In this document: piece after piece, positions 48,843 to 59,072 of the stretch
How positions within the stretch are numbered: the stretch's first letter is position 1
Layout: the number at the start of each line of letters is the position of its first letter
DNA from: an uncultured Bacilli bacterium
GTDB lineage: Bacteria; Bacillota_I; Bacilli_A; RF39; UBA660
Reading direction: 5' to 3'
Length of the DNA: 64,000 nt
Assembly: GCA_944332555.1 (NCBI GenBank)
Contig: CALVKF010000002.1
Location: forward strand, 2,962-66,961
Program-made: the position numbers and the translations under genes
Notes under the pieces: generated by a model
Database searches by the model: none
Told to the model about the DNA's origin: nothing
The model's input: only the letters and a program-made list of their open reading frames with translations

Positions 48843-48966
48843 ATTAACCTCACCATTATGTTTTGTTTGTGTAAACATTATATCATTAGTTTAATTATTT
48901 GTCTAGTATTTTTTGACAGAAAAAAACTATTGGCAACCAATAGTTTAATTTGTGTATATACTTAAA

Positions 48967-50133
48967 TTATTTAATAATTTCAGATACTACACCAGCACCA
49001 ACAGTTCTACCGCCTTCACGAATAGAGAATTTAGTACCGTTTTCAAGAGCAACTGGAGCAATTAATTCAACAGTCATGTCAATATTATCACCAGGCATAA
49101 CCATTTCAACTCCTTCAGGAAGTTCAATTACACCAGTAACATCTGTTGTTCTGAAGTAGAATTGTGGTCTGTAATTTGAGAAGAATGGAGTATGACGTCC
49201 GCCTTCTTCTTTAGATAATACGTATACACTTGCTTTAAATTTAGTATGAGGTGTAACAGTTCCAGGTTTAGCTAAAACTTGTCCACGTTCAACTTCATCA
49301 CGAGCAATACCACGAAGTAAAACACCAGCATTGTCACCAGCTTGAGCAAAGTCTAGAGATTTTCTAAACATTTCAATTCCAGTAACAACTGTTTTTTTAG
49401 TAGGTCTTAAACCAACAATTTCAACTTCTTCATTTAGACTTACTTTACCTCTTTCAACACGGCCTGTAACAACAGTACCACGTCCAGAAATAGTAAATAC
49501 GTCTTCAATGCTCATTAAGAATGGTTTGTCAGTATCACGAACTGGTGCATCGATATATGAATCAACAGCAGCCATTAAATCACGGATACTTTGAGCAGCT
49601 TCTTCATCTCCTTCAAGAGCTTTTAAAGCGCTACCACGGATAATAGGACAGTTTGAATCAAATCCATATTCTCCTAATAATTCTCTGATTTCCATTTCTA
49701 CTAAATCTAGTAGTTCTGGATCATCAACTTGGTCACATTTATTCATGTAAACCACGATCTTAGGCACACCAACTTGACGAGATAATAAGATATGTTCTCT
49801 AGTTTGTGGCATTGGACCGTCAGCAGCAGATACAACAAGGATTGCTCCGTCCATTTGAGCTGCACCTGTGATCATGTTTTTAACATAATCGGCATGTCCT
49901 GGACAGTCAACATGAGCATAGTGACGTTTGTCAGTTTCATATTCAACGTGCGCAGTGTTGATTGTTATACCTCTTTCTCTTTCTTCTGGGGCTTTGTCGA
50001 TATCAGCATAATCAACGAAAGTACCAAAATATTTTGTGATCGCAGCAGTTAATGTTGTTTTACCATGGTCAACGTGGCCAATAGTACCAATATTAACATG
50101 TTCTTTTGAACGATCAAATTTTTCTCTTGCCAT
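48967..50133 (-). CDS. tuf: elongation factor Tu
   Basis: [18 protein letters not shown]. Full-length EF-Tu. Confidence 0.97.
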   Translation of the reverse strand: MAREKFDRSKEHVNIGTIGHVDHGKTTLTAAITKYFGTFVDYADIDKAPEERERGITINTAHVEYETDKRHYAHVDCPGHADYVKNMITGAAQMDGAILVVSAADGPMPQTREHILLSRQVGVPKIVVYMNKCDQVDDPELLDLVEMEIRELLGEYGFDSNCPIIRGSALKALEGDEEAAQSIRDLMAAVDSYIDAPVRDTDKPFLMSIEDVFTISGRGTVVTGRVERGKVSLNEEVEIVGLRPTKKTVVTGIEMFRKSLDFAQAGDNAGVLLRGIARDEVERGQVLAKPGTVTPHTKFKASVYVLSKEEGGRHTPFFSNYRPQFYFRTTDVTGVIELPEGVEMVMPGDNIDMTVELIAPVALENGTKFSIREGGRTVGAGVVSEIIK

Positions 50134-50205
50134 AATAATATTTCCTCCTTTTTTCTATTACTATTATATTTTATCTAATGCTTGAAAATTTTTCAAGTAT
50201 TATTC

Positions 50206-52287
50206 TTAATTTATGCTGTTTTTCTTAATAATTTCTTCAGCAATTCCTTTTGGAACTTCTTCATAATGATCTAGTGTCATTGTAAAGTTTCCACGACCTT
50301 GGGTATTTGAACGAAGGCTAGTTGCATAACCAAACATTTCTGCAAGTGGAACCATTGCACTAATTGACAAAGCATTTCCACGAGATTCATTACCCATAGG
50401 TTTTCCACGGCGGCTTGTTAAGTCACCCATAACATTACCCATGTATTCATCTGGTATTACTACTTCAACTTTCATAATTGGTTCTAGTAAAACTGGTTTA
50501 CATTTGTTCTTTGCTTCTTTTAAAGCCATAGATGCCGCAATTTTGAAAGCCATTTCTGATGAATCGACATCATGGTAAGAACCATCAAATAATGTTGCTT
50601 TTATATCTACTATTGGGTAACCGGCAAGGATTCCACCAGCCATAGCTTCTTGTAATCCTTTATCAGTTACTGGAATATATTCACGAGGAACTACCCCACC
50701 AACGATAGCATCAACAAATTCATATCCTTTTTCAGGATTTGGTTCAAATCTAACCCAAACATGACCATATTGTCCACGACCACCTGATTGTTTAATGTAT
50801 TTACCTTCACATTCAGCGGCTTGAGTGATTGTTTCACGATAAGCAACTTGTGGACGACCAATGTTTGCTTCAACGCCGAATTCCCGACGCATTCTATCAA
50901 CTTGAATATCTAAGTGAAGTTCTCCCATACCACTTATAACTGTTTGACCAGTTTCTGGATCAGTTTTATATTTAAATGTTGGGTCTTCTTCAGCTAGTTT
51001 TTGTAAAGCTGTAGCCATTTTTTCTTGGTCAGCCTTTGATTTTGGTTCAATAGCTTCATCAATAACAGGAAGTGGGAATTCCATTCCTTTCATGATACAT
51101 GGATTTTTTTCATCACATAATGTATCAGCAGTAGTAGTTGATTTTAAACCAACAGCAGCAGCTATTTCACCACAATATACTTCAGTAATTTCTTTACGGT
51201 GATTAGCATGCATTTGAAGTATTCTTCCAACTCTTTCTTTTTCTTTCTTACCTGTTGCATTTGTACATAATACATACGAACCACTTTGTAAGTATCCAGA
51301 GTAAACTCTGAAGAATGCAAGTCTACCAACATATGGGTCTGTCATGATTTTGAAAGCCATTGCTGTAAATGGTTCAGAATCACTAGGATGACGAAGTAGG
51401 TCATTACCATTCATATCCATACATTCGATAGCAGGTACATCAAGTGGGCTTGGCATGTAATCTATTACAGCATCAAGAGCAAGCTTAACACCCATATTAG
51501 ATAGAGCACTACCACACATTACTGGGAAGAATTCAGCAGCTAAAACTCCTTTACGGATAGCTTTTTTGATATCTTCAACAGCAAGTTCTTCACCTTCAAG
51601 ATATTTTTCCATTAATTCATCATCAAATTCAACAGCTTTTTCAATTAATTCAGTTCTTTTTTGTTCCACTATATCAACTAAATCAGCTGGAATTTCAATT
51701 TCTTCTGCAACTTCTTGTTGTTCTCCATTATAATGATATGCTTTTCTTGTAAGTAAATCAACAACTCCATTAAATTCAGATTCAGCACCAATAGGCCATT
51801 GAATTGGAGCATAATTTACTCCAAGTCTTGATTTAATAGTACTCAATGTGAATTCAAAATCAGCACCGATTTTATCCATTTTATTAGCAAAAATCATTCT
51901 TGGAACTTTGTATTCTGTTGCTTGACGCCATACAGTTTCAGATTGTGGTTCAACCCCAGCATTAGCATCAAGTAAGCATATTGCACCATCAAGTACTCTT
52001 AAGGATCTTTGAACTTCAACTGTGAAGTCAACATGTCCTGGGGTATCGATGATGTTTAATCGGTATCCTTTCCAGTGAGCAGTTGTAGCAGCACTAGTAA
52101 TAGTAATACCTCTTTCTTTTTCTTGTTCCATCCAGTCCATTTGGGATTCACCATCATGAGTTTCCCCAATTTTATGAGTTATACCCGTATGAAACAATAC
52201 TCTTTCTGTAAAAGTAGTTTTTCCGGCATCAATGTGCGCCATGATACCGATATTTCTTAATTTATCTAATGATACATCTCTAGCCAT
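50206..52287 (-). CDS. fusA: elongation factor G
   Basis: [25 protein letters not shown]..., 693 aa. Start at 52287 with a GGTGAT RBS, 4 nt after the rpsG stop. The ORF-track N-terminal extension overlaps rpsG and is rejected. Confidence 0.95.
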   Translation of the reverse strand: MARDVSLDKLRNIGIMAHIDAGKTTFTERVLFHTGITHKIGETHDGESQMDWMEQEKERGITITSAATTAHWKGYRLNIIDTPGHVDFTVEVQRSLRVLDGAICLLDANAGVEPQSETVWRQATEYKVPRMIFANKMDKIGADFEFTLSTIKSRLGVNYAPIQWPIGAESEFNGVVDLLTRKAYHYNGEQQEVAEEIEIPADLVDIVEQKRTELIEKAVEFDDELMEKYLEGEELAVEDIKKAIRKGVLAAEFFPVMCGSALSNMGVKLALDAVIDYMPSPLDVPAIECMDMNGNDLLRHPSDSEPFTAMAFKIMTDPYVGRLAFFRVYSGYLQSGSYVLCTNATGKKEKERVGRILQMHANHRKEITEVYCGEIAAAVGLKSTTTADTLCDEKNPCIMKGMEFPLPVIDEAIEPKSKADQEKMATALQKLAEEDPTFKYKTDPETGQTVISGMGELHLDIQVDRMRREFGVEANIGRPQVAYRETITQAAECEGKYIKQSGGRGQYGHVWVRFEPNPEKGYEFVDAIVGGVVPREYIPVTDKGLQEAMAGGILAGYPIVDIKATLFDGSYHDVDSSEMAFKIAASMALKEAKNKCKPVLLEPIMKVEVVIPDEYMGNVMGDLTSRRGKPMGNESRGNALSISAMVPLAEMFGYATSLRSNTQGRGNFTMTLDHYEEVPKGIAEEIIKKNSIN

Positions 52288-52291
52288 TAGA

Positions 52292-52759
52292 TCACCATCT
52301 ATAGTGAGCAAATGCTTTATTTGCTTCAGCCATTCTGTGTGTATCTTCACGTCTTTTAACAGCTCCACCAGTGCCATTTGCGGCATCCATGATTTCGTTT
52401 GCTAAATTAATGGCCATACCCTTTCCATTTCTTAATCTTGCATAGTTAACTAACCAACGTAGTGCTAAAGTTTGAGCTCTGTCATCTTTAACTTCAACAG
52501 GAACTTGATAATTAGATCCTCCAACACGACGTGATTTAACTTCTAATGCTGGCTTTATATTTTCTAAAGCAGCATTATATACTTCAAGAGCTGGTTTTCC
52601 AGTTTGTTTTTCAACAATTTCAAAAGCTTCATAAAGAATTTTTTGAGCTGTTCCTTTTTTACCATCAGTCATTATTTGGTTAACAAGTTTAGTAACAACT
52701 TTGGAATTATATATAGGATCTGGAAGCACATCTCTTTTAACTGCTCTTCTTTTACGCAT
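52292..52759 (-). CDS. rpsG: 30S ribosomal protein S7
   Basis: Canonical S7 sequence ([20 protein letters not shown]...). TGA stop. Confidence 0.95.
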   Translation of the reverse strand: MRKRRAVKRDVLPDPIYNSKVVTKLVNQIMTDGKKGTAQKILYEAFEIVEKQTGKPALEVYNAALENIKPALEVKSRRVGGSNYQVPVEVKDDRAQTLALRWLVNYARLRNGKGMAINLANEIMDAANGTGGAVKRREDTHRMAEANKAFAHYRW

Positions 52760-52779
52760 AATTTTCTCCTCCTAATCTA

Positions 52780-53196
52780 TTAATTTTTCTTATCTTTTTT
52801 AGTTCCGTATTTACTACGTCCTTGTTTTCTGTCTTGTACGCCGTGAGTATCAAGTGTACCACGAACAATGTGATAACGAACACCGATTAAGTCTTTAACA
52901 CGACCACCTCTTACTAAAACAACACTGTGTTCTTGTAAGTTATGTCCTTCACCTGGAATATATGCATCGATTTCTCTACCATTTGAAAGTCTAACACGAG
53001 CATATTTTCTTAAAGCTGAATTCGGTTTTTTAGGTGTTCTAGTAGCAACTTTAACACAAACCCCTCTTTTTTGTGGGCTTTTAGCATCAGTTTGCTTCTT
53101 TTCCAAAGTATTATATCCAACATTTAATACTGGACTTTTACTTTTTCTTTTCTTCTTACCACGATTCTTTTTTACAAGTTGATTTATTGTAGGCAT
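52780..53196 (-). CDS. rpsL: 30S ribosomal protein S12
   Basis: [10 protein letters not shown]...[19 protein letters not shown]. Confidence 0.95.
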   Translation of the reverse strand: MPTINQLVKKNRGKKKRKSKSPVLNVGYNTLEKKQTDAKSPQKRGVCVKVATRTPKKPNSALRKYARVRLSNGREIDAYIPGEGHNLQEHSVVLVRGGRVKDLIGVRYHIVRGTLDTHGVQDRKQGRSKYGTKKDKKN

Positions 53197-53290
53197 AAGT
53201 CCTCCCTTCCATTAACACACACCCCGGTGTATCCAAAATTGCTTTTTACAAGGTTCTACAAAGGTAGAACCCGTCTTAAAATGCACTATT

Positions 53291-53319
53291 AATATACATT
53301 ATTATTCTATGATTGTCAA
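53291..53319 (-). promoter_or_regulatory. promoter of the rpsL-rpsG-fusA-tuf operon
   Basis: TTGACA(53319-53314)-17 nt-TATATT(53296-53291). The ~95-nt leader has hairpin GGTTCTAC/GTAGAACC. Confidence 0.55.
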
Positions 53320-53345
53320 GTAAAAATTGTAAATTTTTTTTGCAA

Positions 53346-53471
53346 TTATAAACCTAAACTTTGATATAATCTATAAATTAAATATGCAGCAACAAATAAA
53401 GCTATTAATAATATTGCACAAAATATTAACATTTCTGTTAAACCCCAACCATTATTATTTAGTTTTTTCAT
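53346..53471 (-). CDS. 41-aa small membrane protein with prepilin-like N-terminus
   Basis: Not in the ORF track (<60 aa). GAGG lies 7 nt before ATG 53471. MKKLNNNGWGLTEMLIFCAILLIALFVAAYLIYRLYQSLGL has G, then Glu at +5, then a hydrophobic helix. Confidence 0.4.
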   Translation of the reverse strand: MKKLNNNGWGLTEMLIFCAILLIALFVAAYLIYRLYQSLGL

Positions 53472-53518
53472 TTAATCGCCTCAAATAAATTATATTATAG
53501 TCTCTCATTTAAAGTCAA

Positions 53519-53980
53519 TTACTTTCTTGAAAATGTTACTTTTTCTCGGTTGACGTTTTCTACATCATCTGCACTTAAATTTTCCGCAAAATCATTTTTA
53601 ATTGTTTGCAAAGTTCCATAATCATCTCTTAAAATACTACCAGTATAAACATCAGCACACATACTATAATCCATATAATCTTGCAAATGAGTTGTTACAA
53701 ATGTTACTAAAATATCATCTTCACTCTTTCGGTAATTGCCTAAAAATTCTTTAGTATCTGGCAATGTATCCATAAAGGGACCATTAGTAACAATAGTAGT
53801 ACGCATCAAAATTTTTTTAGAATATACCCCTTCCTTATTAGTAGTTAGTTCTTTTTTTAGATTGACATAAACTCCAACAACATTTTCTTTAGAAACTTCT
53901 TCTTCACAATCGTGAATGTATCTAACAATTTTGTTTTTTGTTTTTGTTGAAACATTAACAACATTCTTTTCTTCTACCAT
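53519..53980 (-). CDS. hypothetical protein (153 aa) occupying the usual rpoB/rpoC position
   Basis: ORF; GGAGG lies 5 nt before ATG 53980. No motif recognised. Confidence 0.45.
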   Translation of the reverse strand: MVEEKNVVNVSTKTKNKIVRYIHDCEEEVSKENVVGVYVNLKKELTTNKEGVYSKKILMRTTIVTNGPFMDTLPDTKEFLGNYRKSEDDILVTFVTTHLQDYMDYSMCADVYTGSILRDDYGTLQTIKNDFAENLSADDVENVNREKVTFSRK

Positions 53981-54068
53981 AATATCCTCCATCTAAATTT
54001 ATGTATTATTATATCAAATAAAAGAAAAAAATCAACCCAAAGGTTGATATTTTCAAGCATTTTAGTAA

Positions 54069-54434
54069 TTAAACTAATTCTACTTCAGCACCAGCTTCAG
54101 TTAATTGAGTTTTAATAGCTTCAGCTTCTTCAGATGGGATATTTTCTTTAATATTTCCACCGTTGTCAGCTACCGCTTTAGCTTCAACTAATCCTAAACC
54201 AGTAATTTCTTTAATGATTTTAATAACTGCAATTTTGTTTCCACCAGCTGATTTTAATACAACTGTTTTAGTAGATGGTCCTTCTTCAACAGCAGCAGCT
54301 GGAGCAGCAGCAACAGCAACAGCCATTGGATCAACACCAAATTCTTCTTTCATTGCATCAACTAATTCTTTTACTTCAAGAATAGTCATTTCTTTTAATG
54401 CACTTATAAAATCTTCTTTGTTTAATTTTGCCAT
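54069..54434 (-). CDS. rplL: 50S ribosomal protein L7/L12
   Basis: Ala-rich hinge AVAVAAAPAAAVEE and the canonical C-terminal domain. Confidence 0.95.
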   Translation of the reverse strand: MAKLNKEDFISALKEMTILEVKELVDAMKEEFGVDPMAVAVAAAPAAAVEEGPSTKTVVLKSAGGNKIAVIKIIKEITGLGLVEAKAVADNGGNIKENIPSEEAEAIKTQLTEAGAEVELV

Positions 54435-54437
54435 AAA

Positions 54438-54935
54438 TTATTCCTTCCCTTCCATTTTTTCGGCATATAAGTTTAAACTTATTGCTAAATCTTTAACATA
54501 TTGCATCATACCACCTGCAAGCATTGTAAGTAGTCCTTCTCTTGAAGGAATTGATGCGTATTCTTTAATTACAGAAATATCTGCAACATCACCACTAATG
54601 ATGCCAACACGAATATCTAGTTTATCATTACTTTTAGCAAATTCTGATATGATCTTAATTGGTTCAAGCAATGTCTTACCAAATAAAATTGCATTTGGAC
54701 CAGCTAGAAAATCATCAAGATTAATGTTTAGTTCATCAGCAGCTCTTTTTAGTAAAGTGTTCTTATATACTTTTACCTCAGCTTGGGCTTCTTTAAGTTT
54801 TCTTCTTAAGTCACTTAAATCCGCAACACTCATGCCTTGATATTGGAATATAATAACAGATTCACTTGTTTTTAACTTATCAACAATTTCATCGACAGTT
54901 TTCTTCTTTTGTTCAAGAATCTTTGTGCTTGCCAT
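54438..54935 (-). CDS. rplJ: 50S ribosomal protein L10
   Basis: Canonical L10 sequence. Ends 3 nt upstream of the rplL start. Confidence 0.9.
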   Translation of the reverse strand: MASTKILEQKKKTVDEIVDKLKTSESVIIFQYQGMSVADLSDLRRKLKEAQAEVKVYKNTLLKRAADELNINLDDFLAGPNAILFGKTLLEPIKIISEFAKSNDKLDIRVGIISGDVADISVIKEYASIPSREGLLTMLAGGMMQYVKDLAISLNLYAEKMEGKE

Positions 54936-55072
54936 ATATCCTCCTTTATATTAGAAAAGCTTCCCTAGGGAAGCTCAAAATAAAAGTATTTAAGTTCCCC
55001 TCGGTAGGACTTATTTGATGCCTACTGTCTTTGGATTCGCTTTTTCTAACTCGTATTATAATATATTTTTAA
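54936..55072 (-). promoter_or_regulatory. rplJ (L10) leader with attenuator-like hairpin
   Basis: 137-nt untranslated gap between rplA and rplJ. It contains GC-rich hairpins GUAGGCAUCAAAUAAGUCCUAC and GCUUCC-CUAG-GGAAGC (54959-54974) followed by U4, just before the AAGGAGG RBS. Position matches the L10 leader known in Firmicutes. Confidence 0.4.
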
Positions 55073-55771
55073 CTAAATGTCAAAACTATTTTTATCAATT
55101 TTAATGCCAGGGCCCATAGTTGTTGAAATAGAAATATTTTCGATAAAGTTTCCTTTAACTGTACTAGGTTTAGCTTTAGAAATGCTGGAAATAACATATT
55201 CTAAATTTTCCTTTAATTTATTTTCATCAAAAGATACTTTTCCAATGATAGTATGAACATTACCAAACTTATCATTCTTATACATTACCATACCTTTTTT
55301 AAGTTCTTCAACTATTGCTCCAACTTTTGTTGTTACTGTACCAGTTTTAGGATTTGGCATTAAATTTCTTGGTCCAAGAATATTACCGATTTTACCTACT
55401 TCTGGCATCATATCTGGAGTAGCTACAACTACATCAAAATCAAACCAATTTTCATTTTTAATCTTATCTAGTAAATCTTTATCTCCAACAAAGTCTGCTC
55501 CAGCGTTCTTTGCTTCATCAGCAAAAGCACCTTTAGCAATAACTAAAACCTTTTTAGTTTTACCAGTACCATGTGGTAGTGACAAAGAACCTTTAAGTTG
55601 TTGATCTGATTTTTTTGGATCAATATTTAACTTAATAGCAACTTCAACAGTGCTATCAAATTTTGTAATTGAAGTCTCTTTTACTAATTTAATTGCATCT
55701 TCTAAACTATATAGAGTATTTCTATCTACATTTTTAGATGCTTCCACATATTTCTTTCCATGTTTTTTCAT
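55073..55771 (-). CDS. rplA: 50S ribosomal protein L1
   Basis: Canonical L1 sequence (MKKHGKKY...GSLSLPHGTGK...). Confidence 0.95.
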   Translation of the reverse strand: MKKHGKKYVEASKNVDRNTLYSLEDAIKLVKETSITKFDSTVEVAIKLNIDPKKSDQQLKGSLSLPHGTGKTKKVLVIAKGAFADEAKNAGADFVGDKDLLDKIKNENWFDFDVVVATPDMMPEVGKIGNILGPRNLMPNPKTGTVTTKVGAIVEELKKGMVMYKNDKFGNVHTIIGKVSFDENKLKENLEYVISSISKAKPSTVKGNFIENISISTTMGPGIKIDKNSFDI

Positions 55772-55822
55772 TTTCTTCCTCCTTAACTGTGGTATTTTAA
55801 GCGGACAATAAATTTATTAAAA

Positions 55823-56428
55823 TTAATTTTCTTCTTCAGTTGTTTCTTCTTCGTCTTCACCATGAAGCGGAACATCAACATTTGCTGCTTCAGCCATTTC
55901 TTTAGCTTCAGCTTCAAGTTCTGCAAGTTCAGCATCTCTTTTTGCTTGTTCTTTTTCTTCTTCAGCCGCTTCGGCAGCTTGTTTTTCTAATTCGGCATCA
56001 TTAACACCTTTAATTGCAATACCCATGTTTCTAGCTGTACCAGCAATTTGCTTCATAGCAGCATCAATATCATAAGCATTTAAATCAGGCATTTTAGTTT
56101 CTGCTATTTCTCTTAATTCTTTTTCAGTAATAGTAGCAACTATTTCATTTGCTCCTTTTTTACTTCCTTTAGCTACTTTAGCTACCTTTTTTAATAAAAA
56201 TGGTGCTGGAGCAGTTTTAAGGACGAAATCAAAGCTACGGTCATCATAAATTGTGATTTCGCATGGAATTACGTCTCCCATCTTGTCACGAGTTGCTTCA
56301 TTGAATTTAGAACAAAAATCACCTAGATTAATTCCTGCAGGTCCAAGTACGGTACCAACTGGTGGTGCAGGTGTTGCTTTACCAGCTTCAATTTGTAATT
56401 TAATTTTCTTTACGACTTCTTTAGCCAC
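55823..56428 (-). CDS. rplK: 50S ribosomal protein L11 with 60-aa acidic C-terminal extension
   Basis: GTG 56428 behind GGAGGTG gives VAKEVVKKIKLQIEAGKATPAPPVGTVLGPAGIN... The L11 domain ends at ..GTARNMGIAIKG and is followed by VNDAELEKQAAEAAEEEKEQ...GEDEEETTEEEN. Confidence 0.9.
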   Translation of the reverse strand: MAKEVVKKIKLQIEAGKATPAPPVGTVLGPAGINLGDFCSKFNEATRDKMGDVIPCEITIYDDRSFDFVLKTAPAPFLLKKVAKVAKGSKKGANEIVATITEKELREIAETKMPDLNAYDIDAAMKQIAGTARNMGIAIKGVNDAELEKQAAEAAEEEKEQAKRDAELAELEAEAKEMAEAANVDVPLHGEDEEETTEEEN

Positions 56429-56667
56429 GAAAACACCTCCTATAAATTTTTTCGCGTAAGTGGTATGGGCAAAGTCCGCAATTTTCCCCTCCACTTAACA
56501 AATTATATTAAAAATATAAATCTGCAATAACGATAATATCATAAAATTAACAAATTTACAACAATTTTACGTCTATTTTCAATAAATTTTCATAGTTTAT
56601 TTGATTTAGATATTGGAAGTATTAGAAAAATATGATAATATTATTATATAAATAAGGAGGAATTACT

Positions 56668-57699
56668 TTGGCTGGTAAATTTTTTAATCAAAAAGTGAAA
56701 GGCTCCTCAAACAATAATATGAAAGCATACATGATTGTTGGAGGTTGTATTTTAATCATTTTTATAACAGTAATAATAATAGTTAGTGTTGGAGGAGGTA
56801 GTGATAATCCAGAGCCGGTGATTGAGATCAATGATTCGGCGGATATTGAGATTAATAGTAGTCTACCAAACATGGATGTATTTTTCCGAGAGTTACAAAA
56901 TGTTAGCGAAGATGATATTGATATAGATTATTCGGGAGTTGATTTAAGTGCTTTGGGTAGTTATGAAGTTACCATTACAATAAATGATGAAACTTATGAA
57001 TCAACACTTAATGTAATTGATGTAACAGCTCCAGAATTGATTACTAAAGATTATGCTATTAATGTTGGACAAACATATGATGCTTCAGATTTTGTTGATA
57101 CATGTAGCGATAATAGTGGTGAAGAATGTATTGTGGAATTTTCAGATAGCGGACGTGATGAAGATGGAAATAACATTGATTTTAGTTCTTATTTAGCTGA
57201 AGGAACATATACAATTCAAATAGTAGCTAGTGATTCATCCGGCAATACTACAACTCCTCAAAATGCTACTTTAACTATTGGTGAAGGTAGCGGGGTAGTA
57301 GATCCAACAACATGTCGATATGGTGGTTCCGAATATGATTCAAATACATATATTTTAGGAGTAAACTTAACTACTGCCAATAACGGATGTGCTCTTGATT
57401 TAAATTTATATCATGAAGAATCTACACAACAAGCCGCTAAAGATTTGGCTGAAGCTGATACAGAAAAATTACAAAGAGAAGTATATAATTTAAATATTGA
57501 TAAAGAAATAACAAGACATTTAGTTCAAGATATCAATCCAGTATTAAATACTACTGGTACAGGATTGGTAGGTTATACGGTAGAAATGATTTTATCATTA
57601 AGATATGATGATGGTTCTGAAGAAGTTATTGCTAGATACTTCCTAGATACCAATGGTAAGAGAATATTCTCTATAAATCCTTATAATTTACCAGAATAA
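56668..57699 (+). CDS. membrane-anchored protein with Ig-like (DUF5011/HYR-type) repeats
   Basis: TTG start behind AAGGAGG and an N-terminal TM helix. DVTAPELITKDYAINVGQTYDASDFV and EGTYTIQIVASDSSGNTTT are typical of bacterial Ig-like surface domains. Confidence 0.45.
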   Translation: MAGKFFNQKVKGSSNNNMKAYMIVGGCILIIFITVIIIVSVGGGSDNPEPVIEINDSADIEINSSLPNMDVFFRELQNVSEDDIDIDYSGVDLSALGSYEVTITINDETYESTLNVIDVTAPELITKDYAINVGQTYDASDFVDTCSDNSGEECIVEFSDSGRDEDGNNIDFSSYLAEGTYTIQIVASDSSGNTTTPQNATLTIGEGSGVVDPTTCRYGGSEYDSNTYILGVNLTTANNGCALDLNLYHEESTQQAAKDLAEADTEKLQREVYNLNIDKEITRHLVQDINPVLNTTGTGLVGYTVEMILSLRYDDGSEEVIARYFLDTNGKRIFSINPYNLPE

Positions 57700-57758
57700 A
57701 AAGCTGTAAAAAACAGCTTTTTTAGTGGTTAAAAAAACTGTTAGCATTTTCTAACAGT

Positions 57759-58388
57759 TTAGTTATTTTTTTGTTGTCTTGAAAATAATAATAATGAACC
57801 AAATCCAACAATAATTACTGCAAATATAATAGCAACTATTGCGCCATCGCTTATACCACCACTTTGTACAGTATCAACATCACTAACACCAATACCTTCA
57901 GCTTGAGCGGCTTCTTCAAATGTTTCAGCATCAACATTATAGCCTTCTTCATCAACCATTTGAGCTATTAAATCAACATATGATTCATCTTGATAAGCTC
58001 TTAAGGCTTCTTCAATAACAGTATTAGCATTATAGCCAAGTGAATGATAAGAATCACCAATTACAATAAATGGTACACTACTGTTTGCTTCTTCCCCGAA
58101 ATACTCTTTAGCATCAAGCATTAATTCTTGATTTTCTGAATTCTTCCATGATTCATAGGCAACTATTTCAAAATAATCAGCATAATCTTGATATAGTGAA
58201 CTGAATTCTGTTAAGAAGCTTTGACAAACATGACAACCATTTCCTCGGAATAAATATACTGTAACTTTTTCATGGTCAGTAAGTTCTGGTAAATCATCTG
58301 CAGCTTTAACATTTGGAATAATTGTTAAGCTTAATGCTACCAATAAACTAATTAATAATTTTTTCACTATCTTCCTCCCTACCGTCAA
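57759..58388 (-). CDS. secreted thioredoxin-fold protein (CxxC) with C-terminal TM anchor
   Basis: Signal peptide, YLFRGNGCHVCQSF (CxxC), and a C-terminal helix AIVAIIFAVIIVGFGSLLLF. Confidence 0.5.
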   Translation of the reverse strand: MTVGRKIVKKLLISLLVALSLTIIPNVKAADDLPELTDHEKVTVYLFRGNGCHVCQSFLTEFSSLYQDYADYFEIVAYESWKNSENQELMLDAKEYFGEEANSSVPFIVIGDSYHSLGYNANTVIEEALRAYQDESYVDLIAQMVDEEGYNVDAETFEEAAQAEGIGVSDVDTVQSGGISDGAIVAIIFAVIIVGFGSLLLFSRQQKNN

Positions 58389-58422
58389 TTATACTTTTTT
58401 TGTCGTTATTTGTAAAGTACTC

Positions 58423-58977
58423 CTATTCATTTTTTGCAAAAACTTTATAGGCTTTTACAAGTCTTACTAATATTTCTTTTTCATCTATTTTTATTTCGTT
58501 TGTTGCAACTAAAGTGGCTAGGCCATTAGCATATAGCCAAAGATTCATAAATAAGCTTTTAGCTTCTTCAAAACTGTAGCCGTGTTTATTAACTAAATTA
58601 ATTATTGTTGATTGATTCCATTTTTCATCTAAAACATTTTCAAAGCTTTGCCAATGTAAATTATTACTTAAAAATAAACTAATAAATAAATTTTTATATT
58701 CTTGAGCAAATTCAACATAAGCAATACATAAAGTAATTAAAGCTTTTTTATTATCTACTCTACTTGTGATAAATTCATCATATTGTCTAGATATTTCTTT
58801 ATAAATATCTTCCTTTATCTCATCCATATTATTATAAATGCGATATAAAGGTTTAGTTGAGACCCCTAATCTTTTGGCCAGACTCCTAGCATTAACGCTA
58901 TCCCAACCATCATCATTTACCATTTTTACTGCAACCTTTACAATGTGTTCTTTACTTAACTCAATCGTAGCAGGCAT
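58423..58977 (-). CDS. TetR/AcrR-family transcriptional regulator
   Basis: N-terminal HTH SVNARSLAKRLGVSTKPLYRIYNNMDEI. Confidence 0.75.
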   Translation of the reverse strand: MPATIELSKEHIVKVAVKMVNDDGWDSVNARSLAKRLGVSTKPLYRIYNNMDEIKEDIYKEISRQYDEFITSRVDNKKALITLCIAYVEFAQEYKNLFISLFLSNNLHWQSFENVLDEKWNQSTIINLVNKHGYSFEEAKSLFMNLWLYANGLATLVATNEIKIDEKEILVRLVKAYKVFAKNE

Positions 58978-59072
58978 ATAATCACTCTCCTAACTATTGG
59001 TAACTTATGTTTCTATTATATCACATTTATTTTTAAGATAAAAGTAGTTTAAAAAAATTTAATCAAAAATGA

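Noticed and set aside
52287-52386. ORF-track 33-aa N-terminal extension of fusA. Similar upstream extensions occur for eno, rplK, pncC-like, sigH, corA, PFOR and the Abi-like gene.
   Set aside because: The extensions overlap upstream genes or leader hairpins. The conserved protein N-termini begin at internal starts that have Shine-Dalgarno sequences.
54163-54840. 225-aa plus-strand ORF antisense to rplL/rplJ. Similar antisense ORFs include 1439..1657, 9586..9876, 22576..22968, 24963..25226, 39967..40251, 49792..50052 and 62807..63145.
   Set aside because: Each lies fully inside a well-supported gene on the opposite strand, lacks an RBS and has antisense-type composition.
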